Source: Octopus bimaculoides (taxonomy: Eukaryota). From it: 64,000 nucleotides of DNA. This document shows, piece after piece, positions 51,170 to 63,738 of this stretch; within the stretch, counting starts at the first letter, position 1, and each line of letters opens with the position of its first letter. The translations under genes and the position numbers were made by a program. The notes beneath the pieces are model-generated. The model saw only the letters and a list, made by a program, of their open reading frames with translations. It did not search any database and was not told the origin of the DNA. The stretch spans positions 16,134,301-16,198,300 of the forward strand of contig NC_068987.1 of NCBI RefSeq assembly GCF_001194135.2. Reading direction: 5' to 3'.

Positions 51170-51780
51170 TCTTACATGATGTTGGCCTTCAGATTTGTAC
51201 AAATTGAATTTGGACTTGTTCAACCACAAGATTTTTGACCAGGCCAATGATATCCAAATCTTATGCCCCCGAGTAAATTGAATGCATCCACATCCATTTT
51301 ACAGAGAAATGTGGTTTTCTTTATTTATTTCTATGTAAAATGTACCCCACCAGCCCAAATAGCTTTCGTTGATTTTTCAAGGTAGTTGACACTAATCTGT
51401 ATGGGGTGTTTTTGTTGAATGTCATCCAAAATGTTAATTTCCAATCATTTTCCTGTTTTCTATCTGTTAACAGTGAATGTACCCTGTTGTTGTTTTAGCC
51501 ATAAGTCCGATCTTATCAAGTAGACTTATATCAATGATGTTCCAGCCATGACTATCCCTTTTTACTATTTTATCCAGTATTTTTTAAATAAGAAATTAGG
51601 GCTTGTTTTGAAGGAGACGTAGCTGTAATTTGCACCAAATGGATTGACAACATCAAGGCTCTGTCATTGGCAAAAATGAAGTGCCAACCACCGGATGCCA
51701 AAACCAGGATCTTTAGATCTGCAATCTAATACTCTCAGTTGAGCTGTTTTGCTTAAATTTACACACACACATGAACACAT

Positions 51781-51837
<57 letters not shown>

Positions 51838-51957
51838 NNNNNNNNNNNNNNNNNNNNNNNNNNNNNNNNNNNNNNNNNNNNNNNNNNNNNNNNNNNNNNN
51901 NNNNNNNNNNNNNNNNNNNNNNNNNNNNNNNNNNNNNNNNNNNNNNNNNNNNNNNNN

Positions 51958-52017
<60 letters not shown>

Positions 52018-52274
52018 TATATTATATATGTGCATAATGAAATAGCATAAACTTTATTTCACTAGTAGCTGGTGTTATTCAATACACACCCTCAGTGTAT
52101 GAAAGCTTATACTGTTTTGTAAACAGTTCTACCAATCTGTGCATTGTGGAATGATGTCTGCTGTGGGCCCCACTTGGTTTGAATCCTTGTATTTCATATA
52201 CAGTATTGATATCAGAAATAAGTTGTGTTTAAACTGTAAGTTCTACACTGATTGAAAAAAGTTCAGTTCTTTTT

Positions 52275-53020
52275 GGCTGCTTCATACATGTGTGTGGCAC
52301 CTTGAGCAAGTATCTTTTACTATAGCCTCGGGCTGATCGGTGCACCTTGGGAGTGGATTTGGTAGATGGAAACTGAAAGAAGCCCACCATGTGTGTGTGT
52401 GTGTGTGTGTGTTTGTTCCTTCCTCACCACTGCTTGACAACCTGTGTTAGTGTGTTTGTCCCTGTCACTTAGCAGTTTGGCAAAAGATACTGATAGAATA
52501 AGTTGTTGTTGGCACACTGTTGCTTACGACGTTGAGGGTTCCAGTTGATCCGATCAACGGAACAGCCTGCTCGTGAAATTAACGTGTAAGTGGCTGAGCA
52601 CTCCACGGACATGTGTATCCTTAACATAGTTCTCGGGAATATTCAGCGTGACACAGTGTGACAAGGCTGGCCCTTTGAAAATACAGGCACAACAAAAACA
52701 GGAAGTAAGAGTGAGAGAAAGTTGTGGTGGAAGAGTACAGCAGGGTTCGCCACCATCCCCTGCCGGAGCCTCGTGGAGCTTTTAGGTGTTTTCGCTCAAT
52801 AAACACTTACAACGCCCGGTCTGGGAATCGAAACCGCGATCCTATGACCACGAGTCCGCTGCCCTAACCACTGGGCCATTGCACCTCCACGATAGAATAA
52901 ATAGCAGGTTTAAGAAAAAAAAAAAGAAAAAAAGAGTACTGGGGTGGAAGTCATTCAACTAAAATTTCAAGGCGCTGCTGTAGTATGGCCACAGTCTAAT
53001 GGCCGGAACAAGTAAAAACA
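52275..53020 (+). mobile_element. SINE family A interrupted by a family C SINE
   Basis: Family A core at 52280-52500 resumes after 52900. Confidence 0.75.
52502..52890 (-). mobile_element. SINE family C (tRNA-derived, ~390 bp, (AAC)n tail; OR-type octopus SINE by recollection)
   Basis: 10-bp TSD gatagaataa (52492-52501, 52891-52900); highly similar to 62663-63053. Confidence 0.92.
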
Positions 53021-54059
53021 TAAAAGGGAGATAAGTGTGTGTGTGTGTACATATACACATATAAAACAGGAAGAAAACAACAAAGTCAATTAGTTGCTCT
53101 CAGTAAAATGTATTAGATTGATGTCCAGTGAAAGTTTTAGATGGAAAAATAGGAGTGGAGCAGACATCTTGAGCATAACTTTATTGGAAAGAGGAAAAGG
53201 TCCAGAGAAGAGGGGAAAGGAAGAAGGAACAGATAGTCCAAGAAAAGCATGCGTCATTGCATGGCCAAAAGATAACTGACTGGAAGAGATAGAAAATGTG
53301 GTTTCTGAAGGCAGGAGAGTACAAAATTGGCTTTGGAGTTTATTGAGGCAGATATTCTATGGCCAAGTGTCCTTTCCATTGTCAGTTATGTTTTTAAGCA
53401 AGATAATATATCTCTCTCTCCATGGTCAAATATTTTAGGATACTGGAAATGAACGACACTGCTTATATGACAGTGACACTTGTTTACATCAGTCATTTGA
53501 TGTCAGCACAAGGAGACAAGAAAAAAACAAAAACAAACACACACACACGAGGCTTCTTTCAATTTCCATCTATCAAATTCTCTCACAAGGCTTTACTTGG
53601 CCTAGGGATATGTTGAAAAGACATTTCTCCACAAGGTCTGTGCAGTAGGACTGAACCTGAGACTATGTGGTTGGGAAGCAAACTTCTTCACCACACAGTC
53701 AAGCCTGTGTCTGTTTACTAATCACCGTCTTGTACTGACTGCAATAATACCAGGCTTTGGACTGTTGCTAATTATAATCCTGCTATCCAAATACTCTCAT
53801 ATGATTGTAATGACTGTTTTTACTTGTAAAAGAATATTGCTCATCTCTTTGTGTCTGTTAATGTTCTACTTTGGCTCTTTCTGTTTATTACTTGGAAAGA
53901 AAGTAATTAGTCACAGGAAAAAAAAAAAGGGGGTTTTAGGGTTTTGCAGTCTTATGGCTTTGTTTTCCAGGCATATCAGGTACCAGAATAGATATTTGGC
54001 TTCAGCTGTTTTATGATCTTATAGTTTATTTTTCCTTTATTATGACCTGTTAAATGATA

Positions 54060-54250
54060 GTTATTATATACCATATAATCATCACCACCGCCACCACCAC
54101 CACAACCATCATCACCATCACCATCTTCGCCATCATTATCAGCACCTTCATCAGCATCATCATCTTCACCACTGCCACCACCATCATCATCTTCAGCACC
54201 ACTACCACCACCGCCATCATCTTCCTTTTCAAGGTCTTCCTCATCACAGT
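54060..54250. repeat. (CAT/CAC)n compound trinucleotide tract
   Basis: Direct reading. Confidence 0.9.
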
Positions 54251-54551
54251 GAGTGACCCATCTGATTCTCACTGGCAGTTTGTCATACTTCAGATTTCAA
54301 ATCTAATTAACTGCCTCTTAATTACTTACTCCTACCATAGTTAGGCTTAATTACTACTGTCTTCTACTGAACTTCAGAGGACCCTTAGATTGTGTGTGTG
54401 TGTGTGTGTGTGTGCATGTGTGTGTGTGTGTGTTTGTGTGTATGGTTTATTAATGTATTATTATCTGGTGTGTATATATGTGTATACATACATGTGTGCA
54501 TTTGTGGTTTGTTGATGTGTGTTTGTATGAGTTGATGGTATGTGTGTGAAG

Positions 54552-54590
<39 letters not shown>

Positions 54591-54990
54591 TGTTAGTATA
54601 TTGTCTTTTTGTGTGTGTGTGTGGGTGGGTGCTAGTATAAAGATGTATATCTAGTTTAATGTTGCTTTGTGAATATCATGTGTCTGTTATTGTTTACCTC
54701 CAGGTCTTTAATCAGATGGACCTGTGATTAAAAGCTACCTATCCATGACTACTCCGCCATTTTTATTTTTGTGGCATTGTATACCTTGAACTACATTATC
54801 TCGATGTGTCCTTATTAAAAAATAGTTTCATAAGCTATTAAGCTGTAGTTTGAGGGAGATTTTGACTGCTATTTCTAGCGTCTCGGGCAACCACATAGAG
54901 GCTATTTTGTTCACTTGTGCATTGTGTGTGTTTATGTGTGTGGGTGTTTATTTGTGTGTGTGTGTGTGGGTGGATATTTAGGTGTGTGGG

Positions 54991-55060
<70 letters not shown>

Positions 55061-55964
55061 AGGTGGAGTTGTTATTCTTCCTGACATTTTAACTAGACTG
55101 TATCGCTTCCTTGATGAAGACTGATAAGGTAAAATAGTGTAACAGTTCCCCTCTACTCTCAGTGACAAATGATATGCTATAAATAACAGTGAATACATAT
55201 TCGAGATTATTAATGAATCAGGAAACTATAGAAGCTGTCATTTTGACAGGGTTTATTTCTGTCTCCTTTTAGAAATGTCTTAATTTTTTTTCCACTTCAA
55301 ATCTTGCTCCACTTCTATATTTTTATTCTATTTCTTCTCTGTCTCATTTTGTCCTATCATTCATTCTTATTCTTTCTACATGGACACTTGATTGTTTCTA
55401 TTCTTGCCCTTCATTGTAAAGCCCTGTTTTTCTTTTCATTTCTACTCTCTCACGCTATCTTTACTTCTCTCATTTTTCCTTTCCTTTTCTTCTATATATG
55501 TCACTACCTGCTCACCTGACTCCCTGTCTTCTTTGCTACTGACTGCAGGCTATTTTCTTCTACTTCACTTTCTGTTTTTTACTCCTGCCTTATCGATCTC
55601 CCACATGTTTATCTAATCTATCAATCTTGGTTTTCTCTTTCACATATTTTAGTACAGCTTCTGCTTTCTTCTCTTACATTACTTAGAGCCAGACAGAAAG
55701 CTGGGATAGTGGGGGAGAGAGGAGAGGAGGATTGTAGGACTTGCTTGGTCATTTATAATTTTGATTACCTGGTAAGATTTTGATCCAGAAGAAAGCTCTG
55801 CTGGATCTAAACTATTGGACAAAGTGTATGTGTGAACTTGGTTGGAGAAGGTATGCAGTTGCTGATACATATGAGACATCAGTAATATTGGTTTCAAATT
55901 TTGACACAAGGTCATCAATTTTGGGGGAGAGGGAAATCGATNNNNNNNNNNAGTACTCTTTCTT

Positions 55965-56430
55965 ATAGGTGCATGTGTAGCTGTATGGTTAAGAAATTTG
56001 CTTCTCAACCTGATGGTTACAGGTTCAGTTCCACTACGTGGCACCTTGGGCAAATGTCTTCTATGACAGTGATATTTGCGTACAGTTATGACACAATGCC
56101 AAGACAAGACACATGCAGATACATACGCACACGATAATGTGTGTATGTGTTTGTGATTGTGTGTTTGCATGTGTCTTGTCTTGGCATTGTGTCATAGTTC
56201 CAAATAAGTGTCTCTGCATATTTCTTGTCTTGGCATTGTGTCATAGTTGTAAACAAGCGTTGTCATTCAAGCAGTGTTGTTCATTTCCAATATTCTGTGA
56301 AAACCTGTCTGGCCATAGGGTAATATTACCTTGCTTAGAAACAGGTGAAAGTTAGCAACAGGAAAGGCACCCAGCTGTAGAAATTCTGTCTGACCCATGC
56401 AAGCTTGGAACAATAGATGTTAAAACGATG
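55965..56430 (+). mobile_element. tRNA-headed SINE with RTE-shared 3' tail and internal rearrangement
   Basis: Family A-like head to 56065; tail aacaggaaaggcacccagctgtagaa..acccatgcaagc..gttaaaacgatgat shared with the RTE 3' end. Confidence 0.75.
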
Positions 56431-56865
56431 ATATCTATCTATCTAGGACATAAATTATCTTTCCAGTGTTTTTTTTTTTTTTTTTTTTTTTTTTGTAGTT
56501 GTTGATATCCAAACTTTTGAAAGAGTTAAAAAAAATCTTATATTGGTAACCAACCCAATTTCTCTGTAAAGCTTCTTAAATCTGTGTTTTTTAGGATGTT
56601 TTGTCAATTTGTGTGCGTGGATAGGTAAAGTTGTTTATAGCTTGGCTTGTGTTACCAACGCTAAGCAGGAAATACGAACAGTGTCTTGCTGTGTGCCACT
56701 TAAATTGCATGGTATGTGTTATGTGTTACATTTCTTATACTGCACTTACAGAAATGTTAATTAACGAGGCTGATTTCGTTTACCTGCCATTGTTAATGTG
56801 GTAACTGTTATGGATAGGGCATGGAAAACGATGTATTGCGATTTTGGAATTGTGTTCTTGTGCAG

Positions 56866-56907
56866 CTGCTTGCAGCCAACTGCTGCAAATGTTCAGAATG
56901 ATGCATG
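56866..56907 (+). CDS. Weak candidate 42-nt exon (two frames open: CLQPTAANVQNDA or ACSQLLQMFRMMH)
   Basis: Acceptor ttgtgttcttgtgcAG; donor catg|GTGGGT; unique sequence. Confidence 0.25.
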
Positions 56908-57099
56908 GTGGGTGACCTAAAACTGCATCTTGACTGTGGTGGTAGTATTAAAAATGGTATTGAATTAGTCGTGATAGCGTTAATGGTGATGCTGATAAGG
57001 TGGCGGCAGTGTGGTGTGATGCTGTCTGCTGTGGTGGTGGTGCTGCCTGCGGTGGTAGGCGGGGTGCTGCTGGTGATTTTGGTAGTGGTAGGATGAAGG

Positions 57100-57840
57100 A
57101 TATTACTGGTGATCGTTGTAGTAGGAGATGGTGGTAGTGGTAGTAGCAAGGATATTGCTTGTGGTTTTGATGGTAGTAGTAGTGGAAATATTAGTGGTTG
57201 TTGTGGTGGCAGTAGTAGTGGAAATATTAGTGATTGTTGTGGTGGTAGTAGTAGTGGAAATATTAGTGATTATTGTGGTGGTAGTAGTAGTGGAAATATT
57301 AGTGATTATTGTGGTGGTAGTAGTAGTGGAAATATTAGTGGTTGTTGTGGTGGTAGTAGTAGTGGAAATATTAGTGGTTGTTGTGGTGGCAGTGGTAGTA
57401 GTTGCTGCTGGTTTTGATGGTGAAAGTAGTAGTAGTGAAAATATTAGTGGTGATTGTTGTGGTGGTGGTGGTGGTGGTGGTAGTAGTAGTAGTCGTGATT
57501 GTGGTTTTAATGGTGAAAGTAGTGGTGGAAATATTGGGGGTTGTCATGGTAGTAGTATAGGGAATATTGCTTGTAGTTGTGTTAATGGTAGTAGTAATGG
57601 GTATATTGCTGTGGTTGTAGTGATGGTATGGGAAATACTGCTGGTTACTGTGTGGTGGTGCAGGTGGTAGTAGTAATAATAATAATAATAATAGAAATAT
57701 TGCTAATGGTTGTAGTGATGGTGGTAGTAGTAATTGTAGCAGTTAGGGTGTATTGCTTTGTGGATGTGGTGTTAGAAGAGGTACTGGTGGCAGCAGTGTG
57801 TTATGTAGTAGTAGTAGTAGTGGTGGTGGTGGTATGGTAG
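57100..57840. repeat. (GGT/AGT)n low-complexity region containing a 36-bp minisatellite (6 units, 57170-57400)
   Basis: ggaaatatt anchors at 57184, 57220, 57256, 57292, 57328, 57364. Confidence 0.9.
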
Positions 57841-59016
57841 TGGTGTTGGTTCTGATTGAGCTTAGATTTCATGTAACTGTTAAAATTACAGAGTAAATTT
57901 CTTACTTAGGCAGTACCATGTATCTGTTACACACACACACACATGAACACAAAGTCCTTGTCTGTTAACCCCCCTCCACCTGAACAGCTGCCAGATTATA
58001 GAAATAAATTTATTTCAAGTTTTTTAAATGATACATCACTCAGTTGTGTAATTATATAAAAAGGTAAGATAGTGTCATTTTAATTTGATGCCAGNNNNNN
58101 NNNNNNNNNNNNNNNNNNNNNNNNNNNNNNNNNNNNNNNNNNNNNNNNNNNNNNNNNNNNNNNNNNNNNNNNNNNNNNNNNNNNNNNNNNNNNNNNNNNN
58201 NNNNNNNNNNNNNNNNNNNNNNNNNNNNNNNNNNNNNNNNNNNNNNNNNNNNNNNNNNNNNNNNNNNNNNNNNNNNNNNNNNNNNNNNNNNNNNNNNNNN
58301 NNNNNNNNNNNNNNNNNNNNNNNNNNNNNNNNNNNNNNNNNNNNNNNNNNNNNNNNNNNNNNNNNNNNNNNNNNNNNNNNNNNNNNNNNNNNNNNNNNNN
58401 NNNNNNNNNNNNNNNNNNNNNNNNNNNNNNNNNNNNNNNNNNNNNNNNNNNNNNNNNNNNNNNNNNNNNNNNNNNNNNNNNNNNNNNNNNNNNNNNNNNN
58501 NNNNNNNNNNNNNNNNNNNNNNNNNNNNNNNNNNNNNNNNNNNNNNNNNNNNNNNNNNNNNNNNNNNNNNNNNNNNNNNNNNNNNNNNNNNNNNNNNNNN
58601 NNNNNNNNNNNNNNNNNNNNNNNNNNNNNNNNNNNNNNNNNNNNNNNNNNNNNNNNNNNNNNNNNNNNNNNNNNNNNNNNNNNNNNNNNNNNNNNNNNNN
58701 NNNNNNNNNNNNNNNNNNNNNNNNNNNNNNNNNNNNNNNNNNNNNNNNNNNNNNNNNNNNNNNNNNNNNNNNNNNNNNNNNNNNNNNNNNNNNNNNNNNN
58801 NNNNNNNNNNNNNNNNNNNNNNNNNNNNNNNNNNNNNNNNNNNNNNNNNNNNNNNNNNNNNNNNNNNNNNNNNNNNNNNNNNNNNNNNNNNNNNNNNNNN
58901 NNNNNNNNNNNNNNNCTTCTATTTTTGCAGGACTTGTGAAGAGATGAAAGACAGACCATTCTGTTATTGGTAAGTTTTAATATCATTTAATTATGGCTGA
59001 GAGAGAGGGAGAGGGA

Positions 59017-59053
<37 letters not shown>

Positions 59054-59199
59054 TATGTGAAGACTTAGAGTTAAAAAATTTGACGATACCATTCAAATGA
59101 AGTACACTAATTCTTTTAAATAGTTTTCTATCTTAGAATTTTATTTATTTTAAAGAAAAATTATATGTTAAGCATAAATTAGTTTTTATTATTATTGAT

Positions 59200-59615
59200 G
59201 AGTTGGCAGTAGTGCTACCATACTTGATTAAATGCTTAGTGGCATTTTCTCTGACTTTATGTTATGAGTTCAAAGTCTGCTGAAGTCAACTTTGACTTTC
59301 ATCCTGTTGGGGTTGATAAATTAACTATCAGTTGACTTTACCCGCTCCCCTGAAATTACTGTCCTTGTGCTAAAATTTGAAATCATTATTATTATTATTA
59401 TTATTCAGGTAGTGAACCTACAGAATTGTTAGCACATCGGACAGAATGCTTAGCAGCATTTCATCTAGCTTTTACATTCTGAGCTCAAACCTCACTGAGG
59501 TCAACTTTTTTCATTCTCTCTGGGTCAATAAAATAAAGCACCAGTCAAGAGCTGGGACCAATGTAATCAACTTCCTTCTCTCCTAAAAAATTGTCGACCT
59601 TGTGCCAAAGTGTGA

Positions 59616-59648
<33 letters not shown>

Positions 59649-59861
59649 CTTTTCTACTATAGGCACAAGGCCTGAAATTTTTTTTTGTGCGGGCTACTTG
59701 GTTACATTGACCCCAGTGATGAACTAGTGCTAATTTGAATGACCTCATATGGATGAAAAGTGAAGTTGATCTCAGCAGAATTTGAACTCAGAACATAAAA
59801 ATACATGAAACACTACTAAGCATTTTGACTTGGATGTTAATGATTCTGTCAGCTTGCCACC
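59200..59861. mobile_element. Family B SINE cluster: two + copies (59200-59395, 59407-59620) and one - copy (59647-59861)
   Basis: Family B cores; the last two share one (AAT)n tail. Confidence 0.85.
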
Positions 59862-59889
59862 ATAATAATAATAATAATAATAATGATGA

Positions 59890-60235
59890 TGAGCACTCAG
59901 AGAGTGCCAAGGTAACACCAACATCCTCTCAACGATTAGCCACAGATAATTTTTAAAATGAGAATATTTGATATAAACTTGACTGCTCTCACAAACGAGA
60001 ATACTAAAAATGAACCTGACTGCTCTCAAAAATTAAGTAAAAAAACCAGAAAAATAATCCAGAACCTTTGTCCAGTATTGGATTAATCCCCAAATCTAAT
60101 CAGTTCATGCCAGTCATGAGACCAAACATCTCTGAAAGTTTCATCCAAATGCACCCAGCAGTTCTTGCGGTATCTTGTCGATCAAACAAACAAACATGAC
60201 TGAAAATAATACATCTGTCTTTGCTAAGTTAGAGG
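59890..60235. mobile_element. Putative Helentron-type (HINE/DINE-1-like) non-autonomous element
   Basis: Start gagcactcagagagtgcc; aagtttcatccaaat..(caaa)n..gaaaataa..gaggtaataa 3' pattern; internal ~39-bp duplication; family assignment from recollection only. Confidence 0.35.
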
Positions 60236-60244
60236 TAATAATAA

Positions 60245-60463
60245 TAATAATGGTTTTAAATTTTGCCACAAGGGCAGCCATTTTGGTGGAGAGGATGTGT
60301 CGATTACATCAACCCCAGTGTTCAACTGGTACTGAATTTATCGAGCCTGAAAGGATGAAAAGCAAAGTTGACCTTGGCGGAATTTGAACTCAAAACATAG
60401 CGATGGGCAAAATGCCACTAAGCATTTCGTCCATTGCGCTAACGATTCTGCCAGCTCACCACC

Positions 60464-60465
<2 letters not shown>
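60245..60465 (-). mobile_element. SINE family B
   Basis: aaaggatgaaaagcaaagttgaccttggcggaatttgaactc..cgattctgccagctcaccacc. Confidence 0.88.
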
Positions 60466-60495
<30 letters not shown>

Positions 60496-60842
60496 TGTTA
60501 TTACTACTGTGTTATTGTTATTTCAGTTGTCTTATTTTTATTGCATTCTTTCACTGCATTACTGAACGCAGCTCTGTGTGCCTTGGGTGTATGCAATGTG
60601 CTTTTGTTTCTGTATTTTGCTATTGTATTGAAAGTACTGCATGTAATGTGTGCAAGCCTTATAGTGCTATTTTCTGTATATTGTGCATATTTGTAAATCT
60701 TGAAATTTTGGTTAAGTATTTCTTTGCATCTGCTTTTTCTTTTGTTAAACCATTCCCAAGGCACCAATATTGAATGAATTGTTTTTGTATTCAATCTTCA
60801 CTTTCTAGGTATGATTATTTCCAGATTTTTGTATTTGGATAA

Positions 60843-60985
60843 GTGGAGAAGTTTAAGTATCTAAGGGCTGTATTCATGAGTGATGGGGAGCAAGAGGTGG
60901 AGTTGGATGGTATTATTGCAGATGCTGGCATGGTAATGCACCAGCTCCAGCATTTGATCCTCAGAAGAAGAGAGGTTGGTTAAAA
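60843..60985 (+). pseudogene. RTE reverse-transcriptase fragment
   Basis: Reads VEKFKYLRAVFMSDGEQEVELDGIIADAGMVMHQL, matching the RTE KFKYLG..SDG..I..A motif. Confidence 0.7.
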
Positions 60986-61126
60986 AAACCAGACGTGAGG
61001 TTGGCGAAAAAAACCAAACGTGAGGTTGGAGCAAAAAAACAAAATAACCAAACGTGTGGTTGGTGCAAAAAAAACCAGATGTGAGGTTGGCGCAAAAAAA
61101 AAACCAGACGTGAGGTTGGCGCAAAA
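60972..61126. repeat. ~25-30 bp minisatellite aaccagacgtgaggttggcg(A)n, five units plus a partial one
   Basis: Direct reading. Confidence 0.9.
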
Positions 61127-61180
61127 GATACTAACACCTAACTTTTAATTTGTTCCTATATATTTTTCTAACTCTCCCTT

Positions 61181-61214
<34 letters not shown>

Positions 61215-61217
<3 letters not shown>

Positions 61218-61445
61218 CTATGTGTGTGTGTCTTTGTTTGTCTCCCCATCAACACTTGACAACTGGTGTCCCTGTAACTTACCAGTTCGGCAAAAGACAC
61301 TGATAGAATAAGTACTAGGCTTAACAAAAAAAAAGAAAAGAAAAAAAAACCTGGGGTCAATTTGTTCGAGTAAAACTCTTCAAGGTGGTGCTCCAGCATG
61401 GCCGCAGTCAAAATGACTGAAACAAGTAAAAGAGTGAAAGAATAA
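61215..61445 (+). mobile_element. SINE family A, 3' half
   Basis: ctggggtcaatttgttcgag..ggtggtgctccagcatggccgcagtcaaaatgactgaaacaagtaaaagag. Confidence 0.85.
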
Positions 61446-62351
61446 AAGAACACACACTCACATACAAACTCCCAATTATTATAAATAAAGGTCAAAGAGA
61501 AAGCTCCTTTCCAAATCATATAAACTCAAAGGGCTGGTGTCCTTCCTGGTTTCTGTGGTGCATGAATTCCCCACAGAATTGGACATCAGTCTGTTGAAGA
61601 ATTACTCATTTTTGCAGGGCTTTGTGGACTGGAGTAATTGGAAATGTGTTTTGTCCAAGAATACAATGCATCACCCAGTCCGGGAATTGAAACCATATTC
61701 TTTAGATTATGAGTTCAACACTCTAACCACTAAGCCATGCATCTCCACTGTTATTGTACATACACATGTATTTGTGCACAGATATGTCTGTCTGTTTGTC
61801 ACTCTGCCTCTGTCTCCTCTCTTGGCTTTGACTTTTAAACCAATTGAAACCTGTCAGGAGAAATTTGTCTAAATCACTTGGCATTTTATGCAACTGTTTA
61901 TTGTCAAGCTTTATCCAACCCATCATCTCTTTCTCTCTCTCTCTCTCTGCTACTGTGGTTGTAAAGTAGTTGAAACTAATTTGTAAAAGTTTAACCTTTT
62001 CTGTTATTCATGCCTTAAACAGACTACTGGAAGGAACACACACACCCCTCACTTGACTCCACCATCACCTGCTCTCCCCAAAACAAAATAAGCTGAAAAT
62101 TTTTTTTCCATTTAGTATATGCAACCGAACAACTGTGTTGTTGTTGTTGATATTTTAGATTTATTGTTTTAGATACTTCTTGCTAAAATTGGGTGGGATT
62201 TTGTATCATTTTTTTTTTTCTTAAATTTCTTTTTTTAATTTGAGTATTTGCATAGTATTATCAGAACAATTGTATTATGGCTAAATGTTTTAGGGTTGCT
62301 TTTCCTGTCAATAGGTTACACTTTTTGTGCTATTAGCTGAATGGTTTTTAA

Positions 62352-63064
62352 CCCTTCTGATATCAATCCTCCTGAGATCACTCCAGGTTTTATGATACAA
62401 ACTTCCTGTGTTGAAATGATCTAAATTAAAAGCTTCCTTCGAAAATTTTATGTTAATTTATGTTCTAGCCATCTCCTGTTCTGTGATATACACTTCCTAT
62501 TTTAAAGTAATCTAGAATTAAAACCTTCCATTGAAATTTCATGTTGAATTATGTTCCAAACACCTGCTTAGTAAAATCTGTTGTCTTTACTAAATTCTCA
62601 TAATTTTCAAAATTAATTGAAACAAAGGTAGCGTATTTTAAAAGAAATATATTAATGAAAGGCTGTGGAGGCGCAATGGCCCAGTGGTTAGGACAGCGGA
62701 CTCGCGGTCATAGGATCGCAGTTTCGATTCCCAGACCGGGCGTTGTGAGTGTTTATTGAGCGAATACACCTAAAGCTCCACGAGGCCCCGGTAGGGGATG
62801 GTGGCGAACCCTGCTGTACTCTTTCACCACAACTTTCTCTCACTCTTACTTCCTGTTTCTGTTGTGCCTGTAATTCAAAGGGTCAGCCTTGTCCCACTGT
62901 GTCACGCTGAATATCCCTGAGAACTACATTAAGAGTACACGTGTCTGTGGAGTGCTCAGCCACTTGCACGTTAATTTCACGAGCAGGCTGTTCCGTTGAT
63001 CGGATCAACTGGAACCCTCGACGTCATAAGCGACGGAGTGCCAACAACAACAATAATGAAAGGG
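62352..63064. mobile_element. piggyBac-like MITE interrupted by a family C SINE
   Basis: TTAA flanks at 62348-62351 and 63065-63068 with CCC/GGG termini; body resembles 22626-22843. Confidence 0.65.
62663..63053 (+). mobile_element. SINE family C, full length, young
   Basis: 10-bp TSD taatgaaagg (62653-62662, 63054-63063); tRNA-like head; (AAC)n tail. Confidence 0.92.
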
Positions 63065-63374
63065 TTAAAAAGTTGGAAAAGAAAAAATAAAACTCCAAAA
63101 AACATTATCCCCTTCTCTTTATTCCTGAATATCAGCAGCAACAGTAAGAAAAATGAACCACTTAATTCTGAAGAGTGGAACCTGTTGTCAGTCATTCAGA
63201 CTAAGGCAAGTAGAGATATGGAGATATGTGTTCTTAGATCAGGGATATACAGCATAATAAATAGCATATTGCCATATTTGATGTTGATGTTTTGTTTTAA
63301 AACTGTTTTATATCCTATATGAGGCTTTTTTTTTTGAGAAGGACAGAGAGAGAGAGAGAGAGAGAGAGAGTAAT

Positions 63375-63738
63375 GGTGAGAGATATTTGGCGTGAGGCTG
63401 TTTGATAAGAGGAGGGCTGAGTACTTGATGGGGATGCTGGGGATGGAAGAATCAGTGGAATGGCTGGCAAGGGTGAATGGAGTGCAGTGGTATGGGCGTG
63501 TGTTGAGGAGGGACGAGGAGCATGTTCTGAAGAGGGTGCTAGAGTTTGAGGTAAATGGACAGTGAAAGCGAGGTAGACCAAGGAAAATGTGGAGGAGACA
63601 GGTGGAGGAGGAGATTGGGAGGGTTGGCTTGAGAAGGTTGGCGAGATGGTTTGAGGTGGTTGCTATGGCATTGAGATAGATCTGCCCACCCCTGTTAACG
63701 GAGACAAAGCCGGATTTAAAATGATGGATGATGATGAT
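63375..63738 (+). mobile_element. RTE LINE 3' end (different subfamily, short 3' UTR)
   Basis: Reads GVRLFDKRRAEYLMGMLGMEESVEWLARVNGVQWYGRVLRRDEEHVLKRVLEFEVNGQ*KRGRPRKMWRRQVEEE; (GAT)n tail. Confidence 0.85.

Noticed and set aside
57109-57670. Gly/Ser/Cys-rich and Val-rich ORFs
   Set aside because: Arise from triplet low-complexity repeats; overlapping frames all open, no gene context
60972-61126. CRISPR-like array
   Set aside because: Units separated only by oligo-A with no unique spacers; eukaryotic context, no cas genes
62663-62740. tRNA genes in SINE heads (also 46898, 33925, 52820)
   Set aside because: A/B boxes present but acceptor stems incomplete and embedded in TSD-flanked SINE bodies
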